From Candidatus Aenigmatarchaeota archaeon (lineage in GTDB: Archaea > Aenigmatarchaeota > Aenigmatarchaeia > Aenigmatarchaeales > JACQIB01), in assembly GCA_046760225.1 (NCBI GenBank), contig JBHIDR010000007.1, forward strand, positions 1 to 26,075: a DNA stretch of 26,075 nt, written 5' to 3'. Numbering within the stretch: position 1 is the first letter of the stretch; every line of letters begins with the position of its first letter. Both the position numbers and the translations under genes were made by a program. Below are positions 16,084 to 23,503 of this stretch, in pieces. The notes below the pieces were generated by a model. It searched no databases, was not told where the DNA came from, and saw nothing but the letters and a program-made list of their open reading frames with translations.

Positions 16084-16791
16084 CTAACCTCCTTTCTTGA
16101 TTATTTTGATCTGAACCTCACCATGGGTGAGGGAGTTCATTTTATCATAAAAATCATTCTGAGCTGCTGCCAGCATCTTGACTATTGCCATGTAGCTCCC
16201 GTCTGCTCCCCATTCCTCTCTTACAACTGTTCCGAAATTCCTTGCAATTCCTGCTGCCCTTGCTCCGTACTGTGCAGAGACCTTTATTCCTATCTGGACC
16301 TTCTCAAAGCTTATGGGAAGTATCTTCTGTATTTCCTTTATAACAGAATCTATCTGCTCCTCTGCCCTTCTGTGCAGGTCTATCCTTACTCTTGCCTGTT
16401 CCATTGCATTCAGAATCCTTTCAGGAGGATGGGGTATTCCTGTCTGGGGATTGACACCTCTCCTTGCAATTATGCTCACAATTGCCTTTTTCTTGTCCTC
16501 GAGCATCCTGTTCCTCTGCTCTGTTGTGAGCTGTATCTCGCCTTCCTTTATTATCTTCTTGGCGATCTCAGAGATCTCATTTGTCCCAAAGGCCTTGTTG
16601 ATTGTTTCAGGAGAAACCTTCAGTCCCTTTTTGGAGTCCTCATATACTTCAGGGAAAGCAAGAAGCTCGTCAACAGGAACATCCTTTCCTGCTTTTACAT
16701 CTAACGCTTTTTCAGGGTCTACCAAGATTTCAAATTTCTGCCCATGCTTGGTCAGCCTTGCTATTACTGATTTTTCAACAGAAACTGACAT
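16084..16791 (-). CDS. sdo1: Ribosome maturation protein SBDS/Sdo1
   Basis: KFEILVDP, GEIQLTTEQR, NPQTGIPHPPERI. Confidence 0.96.
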   Translation of the reverse strand: MSVSVEKSVIARLTKHGQKFEILVDPEKALDVKAGKDVPVDELLAFPEVYEDSKKGLKVSPETINKAFGTNEISEIAKKIIKEGEIQLTTEQRNRMLEDKKKAIVSIIARRGVNPQTGIPHPPERILNAMEQARVRIDLHRRAEEQIDSVIKEIQKILPISFEKVQIGIKVSAQYGARAAGIARNFGTVVREEWGADGSYMAIVKMLAAAQNDFYDKMNSLTHGEVQIKIIKKGG

Positions 16792-16849
16792 GTAACCAAC
16801 TTCATGTAGTACTCAAACAAATGTATTACTTCGGGTAGTTGTATTAAAA

Positions 16850-17563
16850 TCACCAGTATTTCCTTATGAATCTGCTTCCGTCCTCCCCGTGCCATTTTCT
16901 GAAGCCCTTTTCATTTACAATTGCAAGCTCGACCTCGGTTGGCTTTACTGCCTTCTCGCCTGCTTTGAGTGCAGCAAGAGCCAGCTTTATTGCATCCTCC
17001 TGCGCCATTTTCTCCTTCCATTCCTTTCTGAGCACTTTCAATGCCTCTGCTGCTCCCTTGCCAATTGCCTGCGACTTCCATGCATAGAAAGCAGAGCTCG
17101 GGTCAATCTCAAAGAGCTGGGCCCCTTTTTCATCAACCCCCCCTGTTAGGAGCGCAACACCAAAAGGCCTTACACCGCCGAACTGGGTGAAGAGCTGCAT
17201 TCTGTCCGATATCTCCCTTACAATTCCCTGAACATCAATTGGTTCATCATAGGTTAATTTGTAGACCTGTGCTTTTGTCCTTCCGCCGTCCACAAGCACC
17301 CTTCCATCAGCAAGGAAGCCTGAAATAGCTGCTGCAAGATGGTCATCAAGCTGGTGTATCTTGTCGCTTCCGCTATTCGGGATTGCCAGCGCTGTGAGCG
17401 GCCTTATTGCTGCAAGCACAATGCCGTTGCTGAAAACAACACCAAGGGACGTAGTACCCCTTTTCACGGCTTCTCTTGCATATTCTACCTGGAACAGCCT
17501 TCCATCAGGAGAAAATGTCACAATTGCCCTGTCATAACCCATGAATTCAGGCATAGCTTCCAT
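16850..17563 (-). CDS. psmA: Proteasome alpha subunit
   Basis: GYDRAIVTFSPDGRLFQVEYAREAVKRG, GGVRPFGVALL. Confidence 0.97.
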   Translation of the reverse strand: MEAMPEFMGYDRAIVTFSPDGRLFQVEYAREAVKRGTTSLGVVFSNGIVLAAIRPLTALAIPNSGSDKIHQLDDHLAAAISGFLADGRVLVDGGRTKAQVYKLTYDEPIDVQGIVREISDRMQLFTQFGGVRPFGVALLTGGVDEKGAQLFEIDPSSAFYAWKSQAIGKGAAEALKVLRKEWKEKMAQEDAIKLALAALKAGEKAVKPTEVELAIVNEKGFRKWHGEDGSRFIRKYW

Positions 17564-17657
17564 ACCAAAACCTCCTCTATATTATTACTAGATTTTATTG
17601 CTATTGCAAGTTTATAAATGTATCAGAAAATGTTAGAGCCTGTATTCCAAACCTTAT

Positions 17658-18038
17658 TCAGGTTGCAAAGCTCCTCAGGTCCCTTTCTCCGAAGAACTTC
17701 TTCCTTGCAGCCTTTATTGTGCCTGATACGCCAAGCACCTTTATCACAACAGGGCTGTCGCCAACACGCTGCACAAGGGAAAGGGCTGCCCTTACCTGCT
17801 CAACAGATACGTGGTTGCAGCGCAGAAGGCCCATCTGCTTTTCCTCGTCCCATGTGTTCCTGATTATCCATACCCTTGACTGCGATGTGCCGAGCTCTCC
17901 GAGGAAGTTCAGGATGGAGTGCAGCATGGCATTAATCAGGTCTGTGAAAGGTATTTTCTTGTCTGAAACAATCTGGTACGCAAGGTACCTGTTCTTTGGC
18001 CTTAGCGTAGGTGGCAAAGTCTGTGGTCTGTCAGCCAA
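17658..18038 (-). CDS. rnp2: RNase P protein Pop5/Rpp14
   Basis: LPPTLRPKNRYL...VLGVSGTIKAARKKF. Confidence 0.94.
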   Translation of the reverse strand: MADRPQTLPPTLRPKNRYLAYQIVSDKKIPFTDLINAMLHSILNFLGELGTSQSRVWIIRNTWDEEKQMGLLRCNHVSVEQVRAALSLVQRVGDSPVVIKVLGVSGTIKAARKKFFGERDLRSFAT

Positions 18039-18756
18039 TTACCTCAACCCCCTCTGTTACTGTCTTTCCCATGAGCTTTTTTGTGTTCTTCTCGATTATT
18101 CCAGCAGGCACATCTGAGAGCGAATAAAAGGCCTTGCTAAGCTCGGTGCCAAGCACATTCATTATTGATATCAGTTCCCTCGGGTCCCTCATGTCCCATT
18201 TAGCCTGTGCAGCTGAGCATATTATTGTCTTGGCATTCAGCTCATTCGCAAGCCTCACGTTCATTGCCATGTTTGCAAGCAATGCGCTCCTGCTCCTCCT
18301 GTAGCTGTAGAGGATGTTCCTGAAATTGACCTGTATTGCAACATCATTTGCAGCAGAAGCCTTCATGCATACTGCATCCAGGCCAGAGTCAATCCTTCCG
18401 AGCTCAGGATGGCAGAGGACGTCAACGCGGGAGTCCTCGCATGCAGCACGGTTTATTGCATAGCTGCCACCGTGCACAGCAACAACAAGGACATGCTCCC
18501 TTACCCTTGAGAGCAGCTGCTTGAGCTCCAGGGGGTTCTTGGCCTCTATCTCAACACCAGGGTATATCTCTATGTCAACTTCCTTTTTTGCTTTTTCTAT
18601 GTGCTCCTTCATTTCCCTTATTTTCTCCAGTGACTCGAACTTGTCGCATATCACTATTCCTGAGAAGCCGAGCTGCTCAGCGAACATTGCAAGCTCAATT
18701 ATGCTGGATGTGCCAGTAGAAAGATTGCTTTGTACGTGCAGATCATAAAATTTCAT
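18031..18756 (-). CDS. rnp3: RNase P protein Rpp30 (PHP fold)
   Basis: FYDLHV, INRAACEDSRVDVLCHP, DMRDPRELI; adjacent to Pop5. Confidence 0.93.
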   Translation of the reverse strand: MKFYDLHVQSNLSTGTSSIIELAMFAEQLGFSGIVICDKFESLEKIREMKEHIEKAKKEVDIEIYPGVEIEAKNPLELKQLLSRVREHVLVVAVHGGSYAINRAACEDSRVDVLCHPELGRIDSGLDAVCMKASAANDVAIQVNFRNILYSYRRSRSALLANMAMNVRLANELNAKTIICSAAQAKWDMRDPRELISIMNVLGTELSKAFYSLSDVPAGIIEKNTKKLMGKTVTEGVEVIG

Positions 18757-18862
18757 GCCATTCATCCCCAGGGCCTTCTGAAGCCAGGGTGCACTACCGT
18801 CCAGCTCCAAAAGCCTATACTATATCATATATATTCAATTCACTGCTTTTAAAGCATGCGTA

Positions 18863-18908
18863 TTAGAACTTATTTGTTCCTCTTCTCTCGAAGCCCTTGC
18901 CTTTTCTT
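18863..18908 (-). pseudogene. Stranded copy of the rpl15e 3' end (RKGKGFERRGTNKF*)
   Basis: Minus strand aga aaa ggc aag ggc ttc gag aga aga gga aca aat aag ttc taa aligns with GHGKGYEKRLK* at the end of rpl15e. Host-like codons; lies just upstream of rnp3. Confidence 0.65.
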
Positions 18909-18960
18909 TCTCTAATCATCATGATAGCAATCTCTCAATTTATATTTGAATTTCGTTATA

Positions 18961-19042
18961 ACCTCCTTTTCTCGGCTCAGAACCCCGAGCCCCACCTCCT
19001 AGCGGAGGGCTCATGAACCTGAGCCCTTACAAAAAGGAGGTG
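18961..19042 (+). promoter_or_regulatory. GC-rich structured leader able to sequester the AGGAGGTG RBS
   Basis: ACCTCCTTTT (18961-70) pairs with AAAAGGAGGT (19032-41); internal hairpins 18974-18991, 18995-19008 and 19006-19027; TATA-like TTTATATT at 18939-18946. Confidence 0.6.
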
Positions 19043-19048
19043 ACTTTA

Positions 19049-19192
19049 TTGCAAAATCAAAATGTTTTAGATTTAGAAGATTGGGAAATTGAAGTTATAG
19101 ATGAAGAAATATGGAATAGATTATATAGGAAGAATATTAAGATAGATGTATGGAAATCTTTGGATAAGTCTCAAGAGATGGTGGGGATATGA
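19049..19192 (+). CDS. Small 47-aa ORF in the element (MQNQNVLDLEDWEIEVIDEEIWNRLYRKNIKIDVWKSLDKSQEMVGI)
   Basis: TTG start 6 nt after a perfect AGGAGGTG RBS; not in ORF track. Confidence 0.5.
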   Translation: MQNQNVLDLEDWEIEVIDEEIWNRLYRKNIKIDVWKSLDKSQEMVGI

Positions 19193-19229
19193 ATGAAGTT
19201 CCATTATGTGAACTACTACCAGACCTGAA

Positions 19230-20631
19230 ATGTTAAATAGCATGAAATATATCAAAATAGAAGAACCGCTAACACCATTGAAAGCAAAAATTCTTAATTT
19301 ATTTAAAAGCAAGGAAATTATGCAAATTAGAGAATTGGTCAAGATATCAAATTTGAAATACAAACAAGTTGATTATTTAACAGGTAGGTTTGTAAAGGAG
19401 GGCATTTTGGAGAGAAAGGGACGCGGACTATTTAGATTAACAAATAAAGGTCGACATTACTTAGATATAGTTGAAGATTTTAATCTGAGAGGAAATTCAA
19501 ATTTTAGGTTAATAGGTTTTGTTGACGTAGATAAGTTCTTAAATGGGAGCGAAGGTGCAGTTATAGTTAGTGGCCTTTTGAGTGATGGTTGTGTTCATAA
19601 AAGTAAGATTAAATTCTTAACAAATGATGAATCACTCAATAAGTATGTTTGGGATAATCTTTCTATTGTATTTAGGAAGAGGGTTAATAGGAAATATGGA
19701 TTCATGGACGGGAGATTATTTTCTGAATTTTTGAGGCAATTCGTACCAACTTATAGAACATCTCCATTTAGAGATATGGATAAAAACATAAAATCTTGGC
19801 CAAGCGTTAAGGTACCAGATTTTATAATGAATGGTACAGAAGAACAAAAATGCGAATTCATGAAGGTTTATGCTTCTTCTGATGGGGGGCATCATCTATG
19901 AACTTTGGTGGTACGAGGAACATAAACTTTTCTACTTAAGAGCATGGATAATGATAGCTTGTGAAAATCTAAAACTAAAACAAGATATTTGTACATTATT
20001 GAAAGGTTTGGAATTCGAACCAAAGGAAATGCCACACGAAATACTTTTAACGGGAAAGGATGTTGAGAAATTTAGACAAAAAATAGGATTCGTAAATGGA
20101 TGTAAAGTAGTACACGGAAAACATTGGAAAGGTATTGAAAAGAATAGATTATTAAACTTAGCTCATCTTCTAAATAAAGGAGCTTCAAATATAATTCCCT
20201 TTTCTTTGAGAAAAGATAAGACTAAAGAAAAGGAAATAAGAAAATATTTATTGTTATTGATTAGTAAAATAGAAAATTATGGTCTTGAAAATATCAGCAG
20301 AAATCTTTTAGAAAAGGTAAATTATGAAGTTAAATTGAGAAAAACATCAAAATATAGAATTCAAGTACTAGAGATTTTAGAAAATTCTGACTTTATATTC
20401 AATCAATTAATAAAAGAAATGATGTCTAGATATAATTATAAAAATAAATTTCATAGGGCAAAACATAATCTGAGTCTAATTTTATCTAGAATGAAAAGAG
20501 ACAAACTCATAATCAATGAGCCAATCGGAACATGGAAAATTACAAAAAAAAAGGAAAAAGGTTTCTATACGATTATAGAGATTTCCACCCTACTTAAGCC
20601 TTTTTTCATAACCTTTACCATGACCCCTTAG
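19230..20631 (+). pseudogene. Frameshifted double-motif LAGLIDADG homing endonuclease with N- and C-terminal winged-helix domains
   Basis: Motif 1 AVIVSGLLSDGCV; motif 2 CEFMKVYASSDGG(I) broken at G6 run 19884-19889. wHTH patterns ...VKEGILERKGRGLFRLTNKG and ...LSRMKRDKLI....GTWKITKK. Confidence 0.75.
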
Positions 20632-21138
20632 ACCTCTGGAACTGCGGCCTGCACTAGTTTTACCCCTAAATACACGTCTTCTGTTTGAAGGATTTTGTAA
20701 CCATTTTAGAGATTTGGTGGACTTGATAGCTGGGTGGTTGGGATCGACCATGATTACTTCATACCATATCTGCCTGCCGTCCTCAGCGAGGTAATAACTT
20801 CCGATTACCTCACAATTCGGGAATTTCCTTGCTGTGCGCATCTCAGCAATGTGCTGGAGGTTCATTTTTGGTGGAATGGATGTCATGCCCTGCTTTCCAG
20901 GCTTCCTCCCTCCTGATGGCTTTTCCCTTTTCCTTGTACCTTTCTTTATCCTTACCCTTGCCATGACAAATCCCTGCTTTGCCTTGTAGCCAAGGGCATG
21001 GGCCCGGTCAAGCCTTGTGGGCCGTTCTATCCTCAATATTACTGGCTCATGCCTTCTCCAAGAAATCATCCTTTCCTTCATTATCTGCTTCATTTCCTCT
21101 GACTGCCAGGTCTTCTGTAGATGTCGATACATTCCCAC
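20590..21138 (-). CDS. rpl15e: 50S ribosomal protein L15e (eL15)
   Basis: RIERPTRLDRAHALGYKAKQGFV, KFPNCEV..SY, YEVIMVDPNHPAI, RVFRGKTSAG. Confidence 0.97.
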   Translation of the reverse strand: MGMYRHLQKTWQSEEMKQIMKERMISWRRHEPVILRIERPTRLDRAHALGYKAKQGFVMARVRIKKGTRKREKPSGGRKPGKQGMTSIPPKMNLQHIAEMRTARKFPNCEVIGSYYLAEDGRQIWYEVIMVDPNHPAIKSTKSLKWLQNPSNRRRVFRGKTSAGRSSRGLRGHGKGYEKRLK

Positions 21139-21206
21139 TCACATCACCCCTCAGGGTTTCAAGCTTAACGTAAACTATATATACAAGGAACCTTTATAAA
21201 AGTATC

Positions 21207-21428
21207 ATGGGAGCTGGAAAAATATTGCTCGGTCTGATATTCCTCATAGGCGGACTTTGGCTGATTCTTCCTTTAAATCTAGGTAATTACAGCGGCTATA
21301 CATGGGAAGCATTTAAGACTGTCTTTTTCGGTCTTGTTCCTCCGCTTTTTGCGTTCATAGGATTCCTGATAATCTGGATAGAGTCAGAGGAAGTAAAGGC
21401 AGGAAGGGGAATCAAGAGGAAGAAATAG
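21207..21428 (+). CDS. Small two-TM membrane protein
   Basis: Two hydrophobic helices ending IWIESEE plus basic tail. Confidence 0.7.
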   Translation: MGAGKILLGLIFLIGGLWLILPLNLGNYSGYTWEAFKTVFFGLVPPLFAFIGFLIIWIESEEVKAGRGIKRKK

Positions 21429-21476
21429 ACAGTGCATTACACAAGAGCTTTTATTTTTTAATGCGCAATTAGTTTC

Positions 21477-22733
21477 ATGAGATTCTCAGGACAAGGCCTT
21501 TGCGCAAGATGCAAGGGCAGGGGATGGTGCGGAAAGGACAGGTGCCCGTTGCTGGTCAAGTTCTATATCCAGCAAAGGACGCAGCCGATGTTAGGCAAGG
21601 ATATAGATGGCTCTTCGCCCCCTGGAGTGTTTTGTGGTTCTTTCGGGTATCCAAAAATCTTTATTGGGCCGCTTGTGCCGCCAGTGCACGGCGATACAAC
21701 AATGCTTGACACACCTGAGATGTGGACAGGAAAGAGCATAGAAGAGATTGCTGAGTTCAGGTTCCAGCTTGTACGGGGAAAGAGGGTTGTGGATGTGAAA
21801 TCGCCTGGAATGATAGACATAGGAAAGAACGTGGCAAATGAAAGGCTGATAACAGATGTAAGGGAGCTTGCGCTTGCAGACAACCCCTCTGACATTGAGG
21901 CGCACTTCATCAAGAAGCCAGCAGGAAGGATCGCGCTTCACAGCGAAGTGCAGCCCTTCGGGCCGTCAGCTCCAATAAAGAAGATGGACATTTCCAGCCT
22001 GAAGATAGACAGGAAGATTGACAGGGCATACAGTGACACTGACCTGAAAGCAAGGGATGCTGTGCTCGAGCTTTACAAAAAGGGCATTCTGATATCAAAG
22101 ATACAGAAGTCCTTTTCTGTTGGCGCATTTGGTATGGGGAAGAGAAGAAGGTTTGTTCCCACAAGATGGAGCATAACAGCTGTTGACAGTACAATAGGAG
22201 CAGCATTGATGGAAAACACAAAGACATGCCCGATTATGAACGAGTACAGGATTTATGAGACAGTTAATTTAGACAACAGGTGGGTTGTGCTCATGCTTCC
22301 GCGCGAGTGGTGCTATGAACTTATAGAGGCATGGTATCCGAACACAATCTGGAACCCAAAGGGGAACAGGATAGAGATATTCTCTGACCATGAATTTTAT
22401 GATGGCAGGACAGAATATGCAGAGATAGGCGGATGCTATTATGCAGCAAGGCTTGCTGTGAACGAGCTCCTGAACAAGGAAAGAAGGCAGGCAGGAGTGG
22501 TGATAATGAGGGAGGCTCATTCAGGTTATATCATGCCTGTTGGTGTATGGAATGTGAGGCAGAGCGTAAGAGCAGCACTAAAGGAGAAACCCCTTAAGTT
22601 CGCAACCCTGAAAGAGGCACTGGAGCACATAGGAAAGAAGATGGACATCTCTGTTGAAACATGGATAAGGCAGAGTGCTGTGCTGAGGGACACAATGCAC
22701 CAAAGAAAAATAACTGATTTTGTGAGAACATGA
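21477..22733 (+). CDS. nreA: Archaeal DNA repair protein Nre
   Basis: N-terminal CARCKG..WCG..RCP, GSSPPGVF.G..GYPK, RRFVPTRWSITAVD, GGCYYAARL, PVGVWNVR, C-terminal PIP box QRKITDF. Confidence 0.94.
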   Translation: MRFSGQGLCARCKGRGWCGKDRCPLLVKFYIQQRTQPMLGKDIDGSSPPGVFCGSFGYPKIFIGPLVPPVHGDTTMLDTPEMWTGKSIEEIAEFRFQLVRGKRVVDVKSPGMIDIGKNVANERLITDVRELALADNPSDIEAHFIKKPAGRIALHSEVQPFGPSAPIKKMDISSLKIDRKIDRAYSDTDLKARDAVLELYKKGILISKIQKSFSVGAFGMGKRRRFVPTRWSITAVDSTIGAALMENTKTCPIMNEYRIYETVNLDNRWVVLMLPREWCYELIEAWYPNTIWNPKGNRIEIFSDHEFYDGRTEYAEIGGCYYAARLAVNELLNKERRQAGVVIMREAHSGYIMPVGVWNVRQSVRAALKEKPLKFATLKEALEHIGKKMDISVETWIRQSAVLRDTMHQRKITDFVRT

Positions 22734-23467
22734 AAGTGAAAGAAGTGAAGGCAAAGAGCGTGCTGAACAAGAGCGGGCTTCCTGGACTGGAGTATTCGCT
22801 CAATCCTTATAAGGGATGCGGGCATGCCTGCATCTACTGTTATGCGCCATCAGTGCTCAGGGAGAAAAGGAAATGGGGAAGCTTTGTCGAGGTAAAGACA
22901 AATGCACCTGAAATACTTGAAAAGGAGGCAAGCAGGAAAAGCAAAGGCCTGGTTGGCATAGGCACTGTGACTGATCCTTACCAGCCAATAGAAAAGAAGT
23001 ACAAGATAACTAGGAAGTGCCTGGAAGTCCTGCTGAAGTATGGATGGCCGATTTCAATACAGACAAAATCATCCCTTGTGCTCAGGGACATTGACCTGAT
23101 AAAGAAGTTCAGGGACAAGGAAATCGGATTCACAATAATAACAACTGATGACAGTGCAAGAAAAAGATTTGAGCCTGGTGCATCCCCAATTAAAGAAAGG
23201 TTCAGGGCTTTGAAGGAACTGAAAAAGAAGGGAATAAAGACATGGGTTTTCATAGGACCCATAATGCCTGAGGTAAGTGATGTCGAGAACATAATAAAGA
23301 AAGCAAAGGAGCTCGGTGCGGGCTGGATAATGATTGACAAGCTCAGGCTGAGGCCTGGGCTGGGGCACCTAAAGGAACTTGTGAAAAGCTATGACTGGGA
23401 AAAGGAAAAGAAGAAGATATTCAGGATTGCAAAAGAGCACAAGATAAGGTGCCTTTCTGCGTTCTAG
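22730..23467 (+). CDS. Radical SAM protein (SplB/spore photoproduct lyase-like family)
   Basis: NPYKGCGHACIYCYA, TDPYQPIE, TKSSLVLRDID, FEPGASP; ATGA overlap with nreA. Confidence 0.92.
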   Translation: MKVKEVKAKSVLNKSGLPGLEYSLNPYKGCGHACIYCYAPSVLREKRKWGSFVEVKTNAPEILEKEASRKSKGLVGIGTVTDPYQPIEKKYKITRKCLEVLLKYGWPISIQTKSSLVLRDIDLIKKFRDKEIGFTIITTDDSARKRFEPGASPIKERFRALKELKKKGIKTWVFIGPIMPEVSDVENIIKKAKELGAGWIMIDKLRLRPGLGHLKELVKSYDWEKEKKKIFRIAKEHKIRCLSAF

Positions 23468-23503
23468 GAAAAGATAAATAATAGCTTTAAGAAGATTACA
23501 ATT

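Larger units (their letters stand above)
18909..20626. mobile_element. AT-rich homing-endonuclease element inserted at the 3' end of rpl15e
   Basis: Visibly lower GC than the flanks, interrupts conserved rpl15e-rnp3 synteny, encodes a LAGLIDADG protein and is bracketed by two versions of the L15e C-terminus. Boundaries inferred. Confidence 0.72.

Noticed and set aside
18760..18830. C/D-box or kink-turn RNA upstream of rnp3
   Set aside because: Only a weak hairpin and imperfect box motifs; not supportable.
18961..19042. tRNA gene or 16S rRNA 3' fragment (cloverleaf-like fold, CACCTCCT)
   Set aside because: No T-loop or D-loop consensus, no 7-bp acceptor geometry and no flanking rRNA sequence.
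19230..20631. Intein
   Set aside because: No host extein, no N-terminal Cys/Ser block or C-terminal HN motif; lies antisense to flanking genes.
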